A stretch of 24,075 nucleotides of DNA from an uncultured bacterium (lineage in GTDB: Bacteria; Patescibacteriota; Saccharimonadia; Saccharimonadales; UBA4665): assembly GCA_966427515.1 (NCBI GenBank), contig CBJLZK010000001.1, positions 1-24,075 on the forward strand, given 5' to 3'. Positions 1 to 7,422 of the stretch are shown piece after piece (position 1 is the first letter of the stretch; each line of letters begins with the position of its first letter). The notes under the pieces are model-generated. The model saw nothing but the letters and a program-made list of their open reading frames with translations. It did not search any database and was not told where the DNA came from. The translations under genes were made by a program, and so were the position numbers.

Positions 1-13
1 GAAAGAAATATGG

Positions 14-41
14 TGTTTACATAATACTTCTTTCCGAGTAG
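14..41 (-). other. dif-like Xer recombination site candidate (11-6-11)
   Basis: The minus strand reads CTACTCGGAAA-GAAGTA-TTATGTAAACA. The right arm matches the Bacillus subtilis dif arm TTATGTAAACT at 10/11, but the left arm is poor. A xer-type gene lies about 680 bp away. Confidence 0.3.
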
Positions 42-102
42 CCCAAGCGCTGGCGCGTAAGCGCCAGACGGGGGCGAACCCTTCCCTTATGGGAACTTGG
101 GC
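41..102. other. Compact four-way-junction secondary structure (possible ncRNA or palindromic element)
   Basis: Four perfect helices: GCCCAAG(41-47)/CTTGGGC(96-102), CTGGCGC-GTAA-GCGCCAG(50-67), GGG-CGAA-CCC(72-81) and TTCCC-TTAT-GGGAA(82-95). Confidence 0.45.
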
Positions 103-119
103 ATATGGTTATAAGGTGC

Positions 120-626
120 TTACTTCACTTTCGGCATAGTAAAGTGTGAATGTGCAGGTTCGTACTCGACGATTTCGCTCTCGCTAAACCAATGGGCAAT
201 TTCTTGCTTGGCTTCATTGGCATCTGCCGAGGCGTGGATCACGTTTGGCACGCCACGCTTGGCTGCCGAGGCGTAGCCATAGGTCATGTGAGCGTAATCC
301 CCACGGATGGTGCCAGGCTGAGCGCTCTTGGGCTCGGTGCCACCAACCATCTTACGAACAAGCTCTACAGCTTCGATGCCTTCAAGTACCATGGCAATAA
401 CGGGACCCTGTTGCATTTCTTTAAGCTGGGTTTCGAAGATTTCTTCGCCCTTTCGTGTCTTGAGCGTACCGATGCCTTCGTAGTGCTGGTAAAAGTGTTC
501 GTAGTCTGGTTTAAGCATTTTTGCACCTACGATCTTGAGACCAACCCGTTCAAAGCGGGTCAGGATCTCGCCAACGATACCACGCATAACGGCGTCTGGC
601 TGAAAGACAATCAACGTTCTTTCCAT
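120..626 (-). CDS. ndk: Nucleoside diphosphate kinase (168 aa; start moved to MERTLIV)
   Basis: Motifs ERTL..PDAV.RGIVGEIL.RFE, GPV.AMVLEG, T.P....PGTIRGD and N.IHAS with the catalytic His. An AAGGA SD precedes the ATG at 626. The conserved Lys of KPD reads as Gln. Confidence 0.95.
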   Translation of the reverse strand: MERTLIVFQPDAVMRGIVGEILTRFERVGLKIVGAKMLKPDYEHFYQHYEGIGTLKTRKGEEIFETQLKEMQQGPVIAMVLEGIEAVELVRKMVGGTEPKSAQPGTIRGDYAHMTYGYASAAKRGVPNVIHASADANEAKQEIAHWFSESEIVEYEPAHSHFTMPKVK

Positions 627-654
627 GTATATCCTTATCTTATTAATTGCCCAC

Positions 655-663
655 ATTGTAACA
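655..663 (-). promoter_or_regulatory. Extended -10 promoter for ndk (TGTTACAAT)
   Basis: Matches TGnTAnnnT and lies about 30 nt upstream of the SD-led ndk start. Confidence 0.6.
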
Positions 664-704
664 GATGAAGCCACGCTTCTCTACCCCCGTTTTAGGATAA
701 GCGG

Positions 705-710
705 TACAAT
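705..710 (+). promoter_or_regulatory. -10 element (TACAAT) for a leaderless xer transcript
   Basis: TACAAT ends exactly 6 nt before ATG 717, and there is no SD. Confidence 0.55.
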
Positions 711-716
711 GTACAT

Positions 717-1637
717 ATGTTATTTCGCAAGGCCAAGACCGACTTCCTAGAATATTTAGAGATTGAGCAGAACCGCTCCCAGAAGACTATCCAAAATTAC
801 GACCACTATTTGACGCGGCTTATCGATTTTGCCGGCGATGATATTAAGGTGAGTGACATCGACCCAGAGATGATCCGCAAATGGCGCCTATGGCTTAACC
901 GCCTGGGCACCAATGTATCTGACGAGCTGGGAAAGACTACCCAGAATTACCACCTGATCGCCTTGCGCGGTTTCCTAAAGTTCTGTGCTAAGCGCAACAT
1001 CAGTGCCCTGGCCGCTGACAAGGTCGAGCTGGCCCGCACCAAACGTAAACAAGTAACGTTCCTAAACGAAGATGAGCTGGGGCGCTTATTCGCCCAGCCG
1101 GACATGGGTAAGCTGTCTGGCCTGCGCGACCGGGCCATCTTGGAGCTATTATTTTCGAGCGGATTACGCGTGTCGGAACTGGTTGGGCTCGACCGGGACC
1201 ATATCAACTTGAAGCGCCGCGAATTCATGGTTCGGGGTAAGGGCCAAAAAGACCGGCCCATCTTTATTAGCCCCGCAGCAGCCGAATGGATCCAAGTGTA
1301 TTTAGACAAGCGTGAAGACAATACCAGACCGCTGTTCGTACGCTTTAGCGGTCGTAAAACTGTAGACCTAAGTGGCAACTTCCACAGGCTAACTGCCCGG
1401 AGCGTCCAACGGCTAGTGAGCCGTTACGCCTTGCTTGCTGGCATTACTAAGCATGTCAGCCCGCACACCCTGCGGCATTCATTCGCTACCGACCTGCTAA
1501 TGAACGGCGCTGATCTGCGCAGTGTTCAGGCCATGCTTGGCCACAGCAATATCGCCACCACCCAGATCTATACCCACGTCACCGACCCACACCTAAAGAG
1601 CATTCACGAACGCTTCCACAGCAACACTGTCGAGTAG
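717..1637 (+). CDS. Tyrosine recombinase, XerC/XerD family
   Basis: N-terminal SAM-like core-binding region (FLEYL...RSQKTIQNY). All catalytic residues are present: R (SGLRVSEL), K (GKGQKDR), HxxR (HTLRH), H (LGHS) and Y (TQIYTH). Confidence 0.93.
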   Translation: MLFRKAKTDFLEYLEIEQNRSQKTIQNYDHYLTRLIDFAGDDIKVSDIDPEMIRKWRLWLNRLGTNVSDELGKTTQNYHLIALRGFLKFCAKRNISALAADKVELARTKRKQVTFLNEDELGRLFAQPDMGKLSGLRDRAILELLFSSGLRVSELVGLDRDHINLKRREFMVRGKGQKDRPIFISPAAAEWIQVYLDKREDNTRPLFVRFSGRKTVDLSGNFHRLTARSVQRLVSRYALLAGITKHVSPHTLRHSFATDLLMNGADLRSVQAMLGHSNIATTQIYTHVTDPHLKSIHERFHSNTVE

Positions 1638-1654
1638 CCAGTTATTACTTGTAC

Positions 1655-2737
1655 TTATTGGCAAAGACGATTGGTAGAGCCCGTAATCGACGAGCTAACG
1701 AGTGGGTCAATAGTAAAGTAGCCGTTCATTACTGAGTAACGCTTACAGACAGAATCGGTACTTTGCAAAGCAAAGTCAGATAGCTGGTTCTTGCTGGAAG
1801 CCAACAATGGTACGTTAACCTGGATACGGCGCAGTACGTCCTGGGATTTACCGGTGGAATCTAGCACTGCCTGTGCCCCGCTCATATGTATGGCGCCACC
1901 ACCACTGTCTACGGCTGTAACTTGCATAGCCATATCCTTGTAGAGCGAAATAATCCGCAGGGCGTATGCGTTTTGCGACAAGCCAGTAATGGTCATGCTG
2001 CAACCGGTAGCCGTGCAGCTCATGCCCACAAGGTTGTTGGTATTGCCAGTGCCAGCTACGTACGGGATCGAGGAGACACCCCCGACAGACATCGGCATGG
2101 CGAACGTAGTCATGGTCGTATTACGCAAACCATCTGCCGTCAGGCCGCCGCCTGCAGCTGGCACGAGGTCGAACCTGAGTACGCCATACCCGCAGTTCCA
2201 TGACGTTGTTGGCGAGAACTGGTTGCTCGTCGAGCTGGGACAACCAGTCAGTGGGTTACCGCTGGTAATTTTGGACTGCAATTTGATGGTGATCTTATTA
2301 AAGTTGCTGCCCGTGGCCGAGGTGATCGGAATGATCGTCGAGGTTGTACCAACATCGCTGTACCGCAGCGTCGTTGGAGCTGGATCGACAGTCAAACAAC
2401 TGTAGCCAATGCCACGCGAAGCGTCCAAATTGGCATTAAGTGAGGCGTAAAAGCCACCAGGACCTACATCACTACAAGAAATCTTGGCTGGGATAGCCTG
2501 GCCAGCCTGCACTGCAGTCTGTATAAGATGGCGGGCGTCATTAACACCCGATTCGGCAGCATAAAAGGCCTGCGCGCTTTGCTGGCGGTCTAGGCTGGCA
2601 CGCTGGTTGCGGCGGGTCATCTGGGCAAAGCCGAGTACGATCAAAGTAATGATCAGCATTAGGATCATAGTCGTCATAAACGAGACCATTCCCTGCTCTG
2701 ATGTACGGATAGATGGGCGTGTAGTAATAGCGCTCAT
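1655..2737 (-). CDS. PilX/GspK-like minor pilin (360 aa)
   Basis: Class III signal SEQG|MVSFM lacking Glu5, a hydrophobic helix and the PilX_N-type QAFYAAESG motif. It is the last gene of the minor pilin operon. Confidence 0.8.
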   Translation of the reverse strand: MSAITTRPSIRTSEQGMVSFMTTMILMLIITLIVLGFAQMTRRNQRASLDRQQSAQAFYAAESGVNDARHLIQTAVQAGQAIPAKISCSDVGPGGFYASLNANLDASRGIGYSCLTVDPAPTTLRYSDVGTTSTIIPITSATGSNFNKITIKLQSKITSGNPLTGCPSSTSNQFSPTTSWNCGYGVLRFDLVPAAGGGLTADGLRNTTMTTFAMPMSVGGVSSIPYVAGTGNTNNLVGMSCTATGCSMTITGLSQNAYALRIISLYKDMAMQVTAVDSGGGAIHMSGAQAVLDSTGKSQDVLRRIQVNVPLLASSKNQLSDFALQSTDSVCKRYSVMNGYFTIDPLVSSSITGSTNRLCQ

Positions 2738-2745
2738 GGTTACCC

Positions 2746-3396
2746 CTATTGTACTCTCTTTACTACGGTAGTGGTAATGTCCGAATACGCACAGAACTGA
2801 GTACCCGAGCTAAAGCTCTGGCAGTTCGCTGTAGCTGTCGTGGGGCCATTGAGTAAGTCGTCGTCACCGTACACGACCCTGACGCTTACTTTGTATAAAT
2901 TAGTGCCCACATTGGTAACCTGTAACCGGGCTAAACGCATATTAGGGCTGAGTAGCTCGCGGCCCGTGACCGCACCATTCAAGGATTGCGCAGGTGGTGT
3001 GCTGCCGTTACAGCCTGAGTAGTTGTCGACGACGAGCACGTGTGGGATTTGGTGCTTGGATGCGCTGTAGGCACTAGCCATCTCCCATCCAGTCGCGTAA
3101 CTGTAGCGCTGGGCGCCAATACAAAATGCGTAGTAGGTGCCTGGGCTCGGTGTGGTGGTAGTGGTGTTAACGGTCCCGCCATTGAACTGGATTGACTGTG
3201 AGATGAGGTCGGTAATCGTCCGTGCTGTGTCCTGCACATTAGATTCTGTTACGCCCTTGTAGTACACGCGGGTGAACTGCAGGATTGCCGAGGTAATCAC
3301 AATCAGCACAACGCTAAAGACTAGCGTAGCGACCATGACCTCAACAAGGGTGAAGCCTTTTTGCTTGGACTGGTTTTTTACGTTATGCCATCTCAT
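2746..3396 (-). CDS. Type IV minor pilin, PilW-like by position
   Basis: KQKG|FTLVEVMVA N-methylation motif, several Cys, and an ATGA overlap with the upstream pilin. Confidence 0.85.
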   Translation of the reverse strand: MRWHNVKNQSKQKGFTLVEVMVATLVFSVVLIVITSAILQFTRVYYKGVTESNVQDTARTITDLISQSIQFNGGTVNTTTTTPSPGTYYAFCIGAQRYSYATGWEMASAYSASKHQIPHVLVVDNYSGCNGSTPPAQSLNGAVTGRELLSPNMRLARLQVTNVGTNLYKVSVRVVYGDDDLLNGPTTATANCQSFSSGTQFCAYSDITTTVVKRVQ

Positions 3397-3854
3397 TGTT
3401 GGTACAACCTATACGCCATAAATACTTTTTCTTGGGTCTGGCCACCAAAGCCCGTCCAGGCATCCTGCACGGTAAAGGTATTACCCGCACGCGAGACAGT
3501 GATCTTGAAGGCTGGCTGGCCTGTGGTAGCGTTACCGTTGATGTCGACTGTACAGGCAGCATTGGTATTGGTCACTACGGCTAATGCCGAAGTCACGCAG
3601 TAGTTGTTGGTAGGTGCCGTGGCACCAAAAATAGCGTTCGGATTAGTCGCCGCGATGCTCTTGAGCAACTCAAGCTGGCTCTGGACGATCTTGGTAGCAT
3701 TTAGGCGCTCCTGAGCGTTACGGCTCATGGTTAGGCTGGTATTGGTCATTATGTAGGCGCCAGCTAGCACTGTCGTGATAATGCCGATTGCGATCAGCAC
3801 TTCCACGATGCTGTCGCCGCGCTCACCTAGTTTACGAAGACGGCTCAGGTACAT
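3393..3854 (-). CDS. Type IV minor pilin, PilV-like by position
   Basis: ERG|DSIVEVLIAIGII motif with Glu5 retained and Asp at +1, followed by a hydrophobic helix. Confidence 0.8.
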   Translation of the reverse strand: MYLSRLRKLGERGDSIVEVLIAIGIITTVLAGAYIMTNTSLTMSRNAQERLNATKIVQSQLELLKSIAATNPNAIFGATAPTNNYCVTSALAVVTNTNAACTVDINGNATTGQPAFKITVSRAGNTFTVQDAWTGFGGQTQEKVFMAYRLYQQ

Positions 3855-4675
3855 GTTCGGTTTTCCTTTACGCTCAAGGTTACGGTTAGGTCACGGGCAC
3901 TACCGCCAATAGTAATCAGGCCAGATTGGTTGCTGCCACCACTTACAAAACACAGGTTAATGCCGTTAGCTGGGTTAACTGGGCTTGAGGCCAGACTGGA
4001 ATCGATGGCCTGGGCCATGACGGCTGGGGATGCATTAAGCGCCGAGCCATTAATTGGGATTATGTTCACCTGTTGCGATCCAGACACGATCGAGCCACTG
4101 CTATACGAAGCCAGTGTATTCACAAACGCGATACCGCCAATATCCACCTTTGGTGAACCATAGTAGACCTCTTGGGTCCTGAGGCCATACATCAGGACGC
4201 TCTTGGTGGTGGCGTCGGGCAAGCCAGGTGCACTGCTACTTGGCGCTACAGCTGTTGGCTTGGCCGCGGCATAAGTACTGACTTCGTTGCCCGTAGGATC
4301 CTTTTGGAGGCCTGCAATAATAAAGCTACGGGTTTCTTCGGGGTTACTAGTACCGGCAACACCAAACTGCATAACTTTGCCCAAGTACACGCAGCCAGAA
4401 TTCGCACCCTGTGAGCCGCCGCCGTTGGACAATACTGGACCAGAGGCACCAGCCGTACAGTTAAAGTTATTGGTGCTTGGGTAAACCCCCGCCCCAACCT
4501 GGCTAATGGCCTGCTGGATCTGCGACTTTACATCCTGGATCGATTGGTCGAACTCGGTACGGTTCTGACGGCCCGAGAGCGTAGCGGCAATGATGACGAA
4601 TAAACCGGCACTAATTGCCAGCACCATGATGGTCTCAATCATCGTAAAGCCACGGGCTTTATCACCACCCTTCAT
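3845..4675 (-). CDS. Type IV minor pilin, FimT/FimU-like by position (276 aa; start moved to MKGGDKARG)
   Basis: KARG|FTMIETIMVLAIS motif. The longer track ORF overlaps pilD, and a -10 box lies 7 nt before ATG 4675. Confidence 0.85.
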   Translation of the reverse strand: MKGGDKARGFTMIETIMVLAISAGLFVIIAATLSGRQNRTEFDQSIQDVKSQIQQAISQVGAGVYPSTNNFNCTAGASGPVLSNGGGSQGANSGCVYLGKVMQFGVAGTSNPEETRSFIIAGLQKDPTGNEVSTYAAAKPTAVAPSSSAPGLPDATTKSVLMYGLRTQEVYYGSPKVDIGGIAFVNTLASYSSGSIVSGSQQVNIIPINGSALNASPAVMAQAIDSSLASSPVNPANGINLCFVSGGSNQSGLITIGGSARDLTVTLSVKENRTCT

Positions 4676-4682
4676 AGGCTTC

Positions 4683-4697
4683 AGTATACCATAAGCA
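4683..4697 (-). promoter_or_regulatory. Extended -10 promoter TGCTTATGGTATACT (minor pilin operon)
   Basis: TGnTATACT lies 7 nt upstream of the ATG. The 15-mer is identical to 13082-13096. Confidence 0.7.
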
Positions 4698-4718
4698 GTA
4701 TGCCAAGAACCGCTTGTT

Positions 4719-5504
4719 TTATACATACAAAATGCCCGTGTACCAGTTAATAATGTGCGCGCCAAACAGCTTGACGATAATAAGCCCTGCAATCAGCAGC
4801 GGGCCAAAAGGCAGCTCGGTTTTGCGGTTTGCTTTGCCCTGCAATAATGCCGGTAATGCCAGCAAGACGCCAAGTATCGACGCTACGAATAACAGCAAGA
4901 AGCCGTCGACAACGCTACCAGACAAGATACCCAAGACTACACCCAGCTTGACGTCCCCGCCGCCAATCCACTTACCCTTCGACAATTGGAATAACAGATA
5001 GAAGATGCCGCTCACAGCCAACACACCACCGAAGGCTCCCAAGATCAACCGCCAATCATGCTGCCAGACCATCAGGATCAGTACTTGCAGTACAGCTAGC
5101 CCAATTAAGGGGAAAACGACTTTGTCTGGGAGCAAAAACCAGCGCAGGTCATAGACCGCCAAAGCCAAGAACGCCACCAAGAATACCAGCCAAAGTAGAA
5201 ATTCGAACCTGCCGACAGCATCAAACTGGATTGGCCACCACAGATATGAAGCTACAAACAGCAGGGGCAGCGTCACCTCGGTGAATGGCGTGTCTTCGAT
5301 CTTTTTGTGGCAGTAACGGCAACGACCGCGCAACGCCACGTAGCTGACCACGGGGATAAGGTCGAGCGTGCTGAGCTTGTGGTGGCAGTGCGTGCACTCT
5401 GAACGGTCGTTTACCCAGTCACGGTGCTCGTGGAGACGCCACACCAAGGCATTAACGAAACTCCCTAAGACCAATCCTAGGAAAACAAGCAGTAGCACTA
5501 TCAT
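4719..5504 (-). CDS. pilD: Prepilin peptidase / N-methyltransferase (A24)
   Basis: GSFVN..VWR, RSECTHC and RGRCRYC Zn-binding pairs, the YDL..FLLPD and GGGDVKL aspartate motifs, and PFGP near the C-terminus. Confidence 0.95.
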   Translation of the reverse strand: MIVLLLVFLGLVLGSFVNALVWRLHEHRDWVNDRSECTHCHHKLSTLDLIPVVSYVALRGRCRYCHKKIEDTPFTEVTLPLLFVASYLWWPIQFDAVGRFEFLLWLVFLVAFLALAVYDLRWFLLPDKVVFPLIGLAVLQVLILMVWQHDWRLILGAFGGVLAVSGIFYLLFQLSKGKWIGGGDVKLGVVLGILSGSVVDGFLLLFVASILGVLLALPALLQGKANRKTELPFGPLLIAGLIIVKLFGAHIINWYTGILYV

Positions 5505-5510
5505 GCTTGT

Positions 5511-5519
5511 ATCGTACCA
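5511..5519 (-). promoter_or_regulatory. Extended -10 (TGGTACGAT) for leaderless pilD
   Basis: Lies 6 nt upstream of ATG 5504 and just downstream of the pilin terminator. Confidence 0.6.
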
Positions 5520-5550
5520 TAATCACCTAACCCGCTCATCTCTTTTTGAA

Positions 5551-5583
5551 CAAAAAAGAACGGCCCGTTTAGGGACCGTTCTT
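5551..5583 (-). terminator. Intrinsic terminator after the major pilin gene
   Basis: RNA AAGAACGGUCC-CUAAAC-GGGCCGUUCUU forms an 11-bp stem with one G-U pair, followed by UUUUG. Confidence 0.85.
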
Positions 5584-5603
5584 GGTTGGCTAGAACTTTT
5601 GGT

Positions 5604-6080
5604 TTAGCCTTCTTGGCACTGAGCCTGAACACCACCCGGCGTTTCAACGTTGTAAAGGATTACAACTTGGCGGGCAGTACCTGCAGCAGTGGTAAAGCTG
5701 TTTGCAGCTGTACACTTTGCACCAGTTTGGATTACGTCAGCACTCGTTACTGTACCTGGGTTGGTAGCACCCTGTACGGCAATTGTTAATGTAGTTACGT
5801 TCTTGGTGTTTGCGGCAGTCAAGACCTTAGCGGCATCGCTACCAGCAGTACTACTCACGCTCGCGGTCAAAACTGCACCTGCATTGTTAGATGAGTTTTC
5901 GTTGTAGGCGCCCAACAGACGACTAGCCTCTGAACGGTACTGTGTGTTACGTGAGTTACGTTGCAATGCAGGAACGGCGAGGAAGACGATCAGCAGGATC
6001 AAACCGGCGATAGCCAGTACGATCAGGACTTCGATGATGGTGAAGCCGGCGTCCTTACGTTTCTGAAGTTTTTGTAGCAT
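5604..6080 (-). CDS. pilA: Type IV major pilin candidate (158 aa)
   Basis: KDAG|FTIIEVLIVLAIAGLI motif and a C-terminal Cys pair. It has its own promoter, a strong SD (AAAGGGGG) and a terminator, as expected for a highly expressed subunit. Confidence 0.85.
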   Translation of the reverse strand: MLQKLQKRKDAGFTIIEVLIVLAIAGLILLIVFLAVPALQRNSRNTQYRSEASRLLGAYNENSSNNAGAVLTASVSSTAGSDAAKVLTAANTKNVTTLTIAVQGATNPGTVTSADVIQTGAKCTAANSFTTAAGTARQVVILYNVETPGGVQAQCQEG

Positions 6081-6126
6081 CGCAAATGCCCCCTTTGCTT
6101 AGTTTTTAAATGCTTATGCTAATTGG

Positions 6127-6155
6127 ATAATACGGACAACGAGTCAAAAAAGCAA
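6127..6155 (-). promoter_or_regulatory. Sigma70-type promoter for the major pilin (TTGCTT-N17-TATTAT)
   Basis: -35 at 6155-6150, a 17-bp spacer and -10 at 6132-6127. Confidence 0.55.
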
Positions 6156-6180
6156 TATATTTTTATCGGCTGACCCCTGT

Positions 6181-7410
6181 TTAGAATTGACTAGTCAGTG
6201 ATGATTGGTTGGCCAAGCCGTAGATTGGCAACAATACGGCTGCAACAATGGTAAAAGCAACGACGCCCAAGAGAACCATCATAACTGGTTCGATAATGGT
6301 GGAGATCGACTTAACTTGGTCGTCCACCTCTTTTTCGTAGTAGTCGGCAGTCTTGCCGAGCATCTGTTCGATAGAACCTGATTGTTCACCAATGCGCAGC
6401 ATGTTTGGTACCAGGTCCAGGAATACTGGTTCGTTCTGCAACGAGTCAGATAGCGCCTTACCGCCCTTCACTTTTTCGGAGGCACGCTTGATAGCGGCTT
6501 CGATGTGGACGTTACTAACGGAGTTGGCGGTGATCTCGAGCATTTGGATTAGTGGTACGCCACTAGCTACAAGCGTGGCCCCTGTACGAGCAAACCGTGC
6601 CATGTACATCTTCATAAACAGCGGGCCGACAGGCCAAGCCTTCATCTTGAGGCTGTCCAGGACTTGACGGCCGGCATCGGTCTGAATCCAGCGTGAAGCA
6701 AAGAAGGCAGCCAAGATTAGCAGGATAATCACGATGTACCAGAAGTTAATCAGGAAGTGGGCTAGGGCCAACATCATCGTAGTAATAAATGGCAGCTTAG
6801 CACCGGGGATACCCTGGTATAGCGTCTGTACTTGCGGCAACACCTTGACGATCATGAAGCTAACAACGGCAACCATCACTACCACCACGATAATTGGGTA
6901 AGTCATAGCACCCTTCACCTTGCGGGCAAGGTCGGCGTCTTTTTCTTGCTGGATAGCTAGGCGCTCGAGGGCTTTATCGAGGGTACCAGAAGCTTCACCG
7001 GCAGCTATGAGGCTAACATACACCTGGTTAAAGGCTTCGGGGTGCTTAGCCATGGCTGTCGATAGCGTGGACCCTGCTTCAACATCAGAGATAACCTTGT
7101 TGATGACTACCTTGAACGGCTTACTAGTTGTCTGGCCGTTCACGCTGCGCAAGCTCTGCACCAATGGCAAGCCGGCATTAATCAAAGTGGACAGCTGGCG
7201 TGAGAACAGCACCTTATCTTTGCTTTTGATACGGTTAAGGCGCCTGGAGATCAAGCCGGTACTTACTTTGTCGGCTAGGGCGATATCGATAGGGACCAGA
7301 CCCTCTTTGCGAATCAAACGCGAAGCGGCCGATTCGTTTTCGGCCTGGACTTCTGCTTTGATGTATTGACCGGTTGCTGGGTCGCGCGCGGTATAGCGGA
7401 ATGAAAGCAT
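6181..7410 (-). CDS. pilC: Type IV pilus platform protein (GspF/PilC family)
   Basis: FSRQLSTLINAGLPL, GEASGTLD..LERLA, KGAMTYP and IGEQSGS...ADYYE...IEP motifs, giving two T2SSF domains. Confidence 0.95.
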   Translation of the reverse strand: MLSFRYTARDPATGQYIKAEVQAENESAASRLIRKEGLVPIDIALADKVSTGLISRRLNRIKSKDKVLFSRQLSTLINAGLPLVQSLRSVNGQTTSKPFKVVINKVISDVEAGSTLSTAMAKHPEAFNQVYVSLIAAGEASGTLDKALERLAIQQEKDADLARKVKGAMTYPIIVVVVMVAVVSFMIVKVLPQVQTLYQGIPGAKLPFITTMMLALAHFLINFWYIVIILLILAAFFASRWIQTDAGRQVLDSLKMKAWPVGPLFMKMYMARFARTGATLVASGVPLIQMLEITANSVSNVHIEAAIKRASEKVKGGKALSDSLQNEPVFLDLVPNMLRIGEQSGSIEQMLGKTADYYEKEVDDQVKSISTIIEPVMMVLLGVVAFTIVAAVLLPIYGLANQSSLTSQF

Positions 7411-7422
7411 CTGTTATCTGCC

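Noticed and set aside
41-102. Cloverleaf with a 7-bp closing stem read as a tRNA
   Set aside because: It is too short, with no TTCRA T-loop, no D-loop GG, no 7-nt anticodon loop and no CCA.
150-668. 172-aa plus-strand ORF and the many other antisense ORFs in the track (e.g. 947-1378, 10595-11113, 15955-16707, 18780-19277)
   Set aside because: They are shadows of well-supported genes on the opposite strand, with no recognisable motifs or initiation signals.
742-755. ACTTCCTAGAATAT, identical to the left arm and start of the spacer of B. subtilis dif
   Set aside because: It lies inside the xer coding sequence (encoding DFLEY), and the expected right arm is absent (GAGATTGAGCA). This is most likely coincidence.
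717-2737. Tyrosine recombinase abutting the last minor pilin, resembling the R64 rci/pilV shufflon
   Set aside because: Only 17 bp separate the genes. There are no alternative C-terminal cassettes or repeated sfx-like sites, and the recombinase looks like a housekeeping Xer.
4676-4792. N-terminal extensions in the ORF track for the first minor pilin, and likewise pilO (11291-11473), crp (20345-20659), ychF, ndk and the PH gene
   Set aside because: They overlap neighbouring genes or promoters. Downstream ATGs have an SD or a correctly spaced -10 and match the family N-termini.
5541-5559. TCTTTTTG-AA-CAAAAAAGA inverted repeat overlapping the pilA terminator U-tract (possible antiterminator)
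   Set aside because: It is AT-only and weak, and its second arm would be transcribed only after the termination point.
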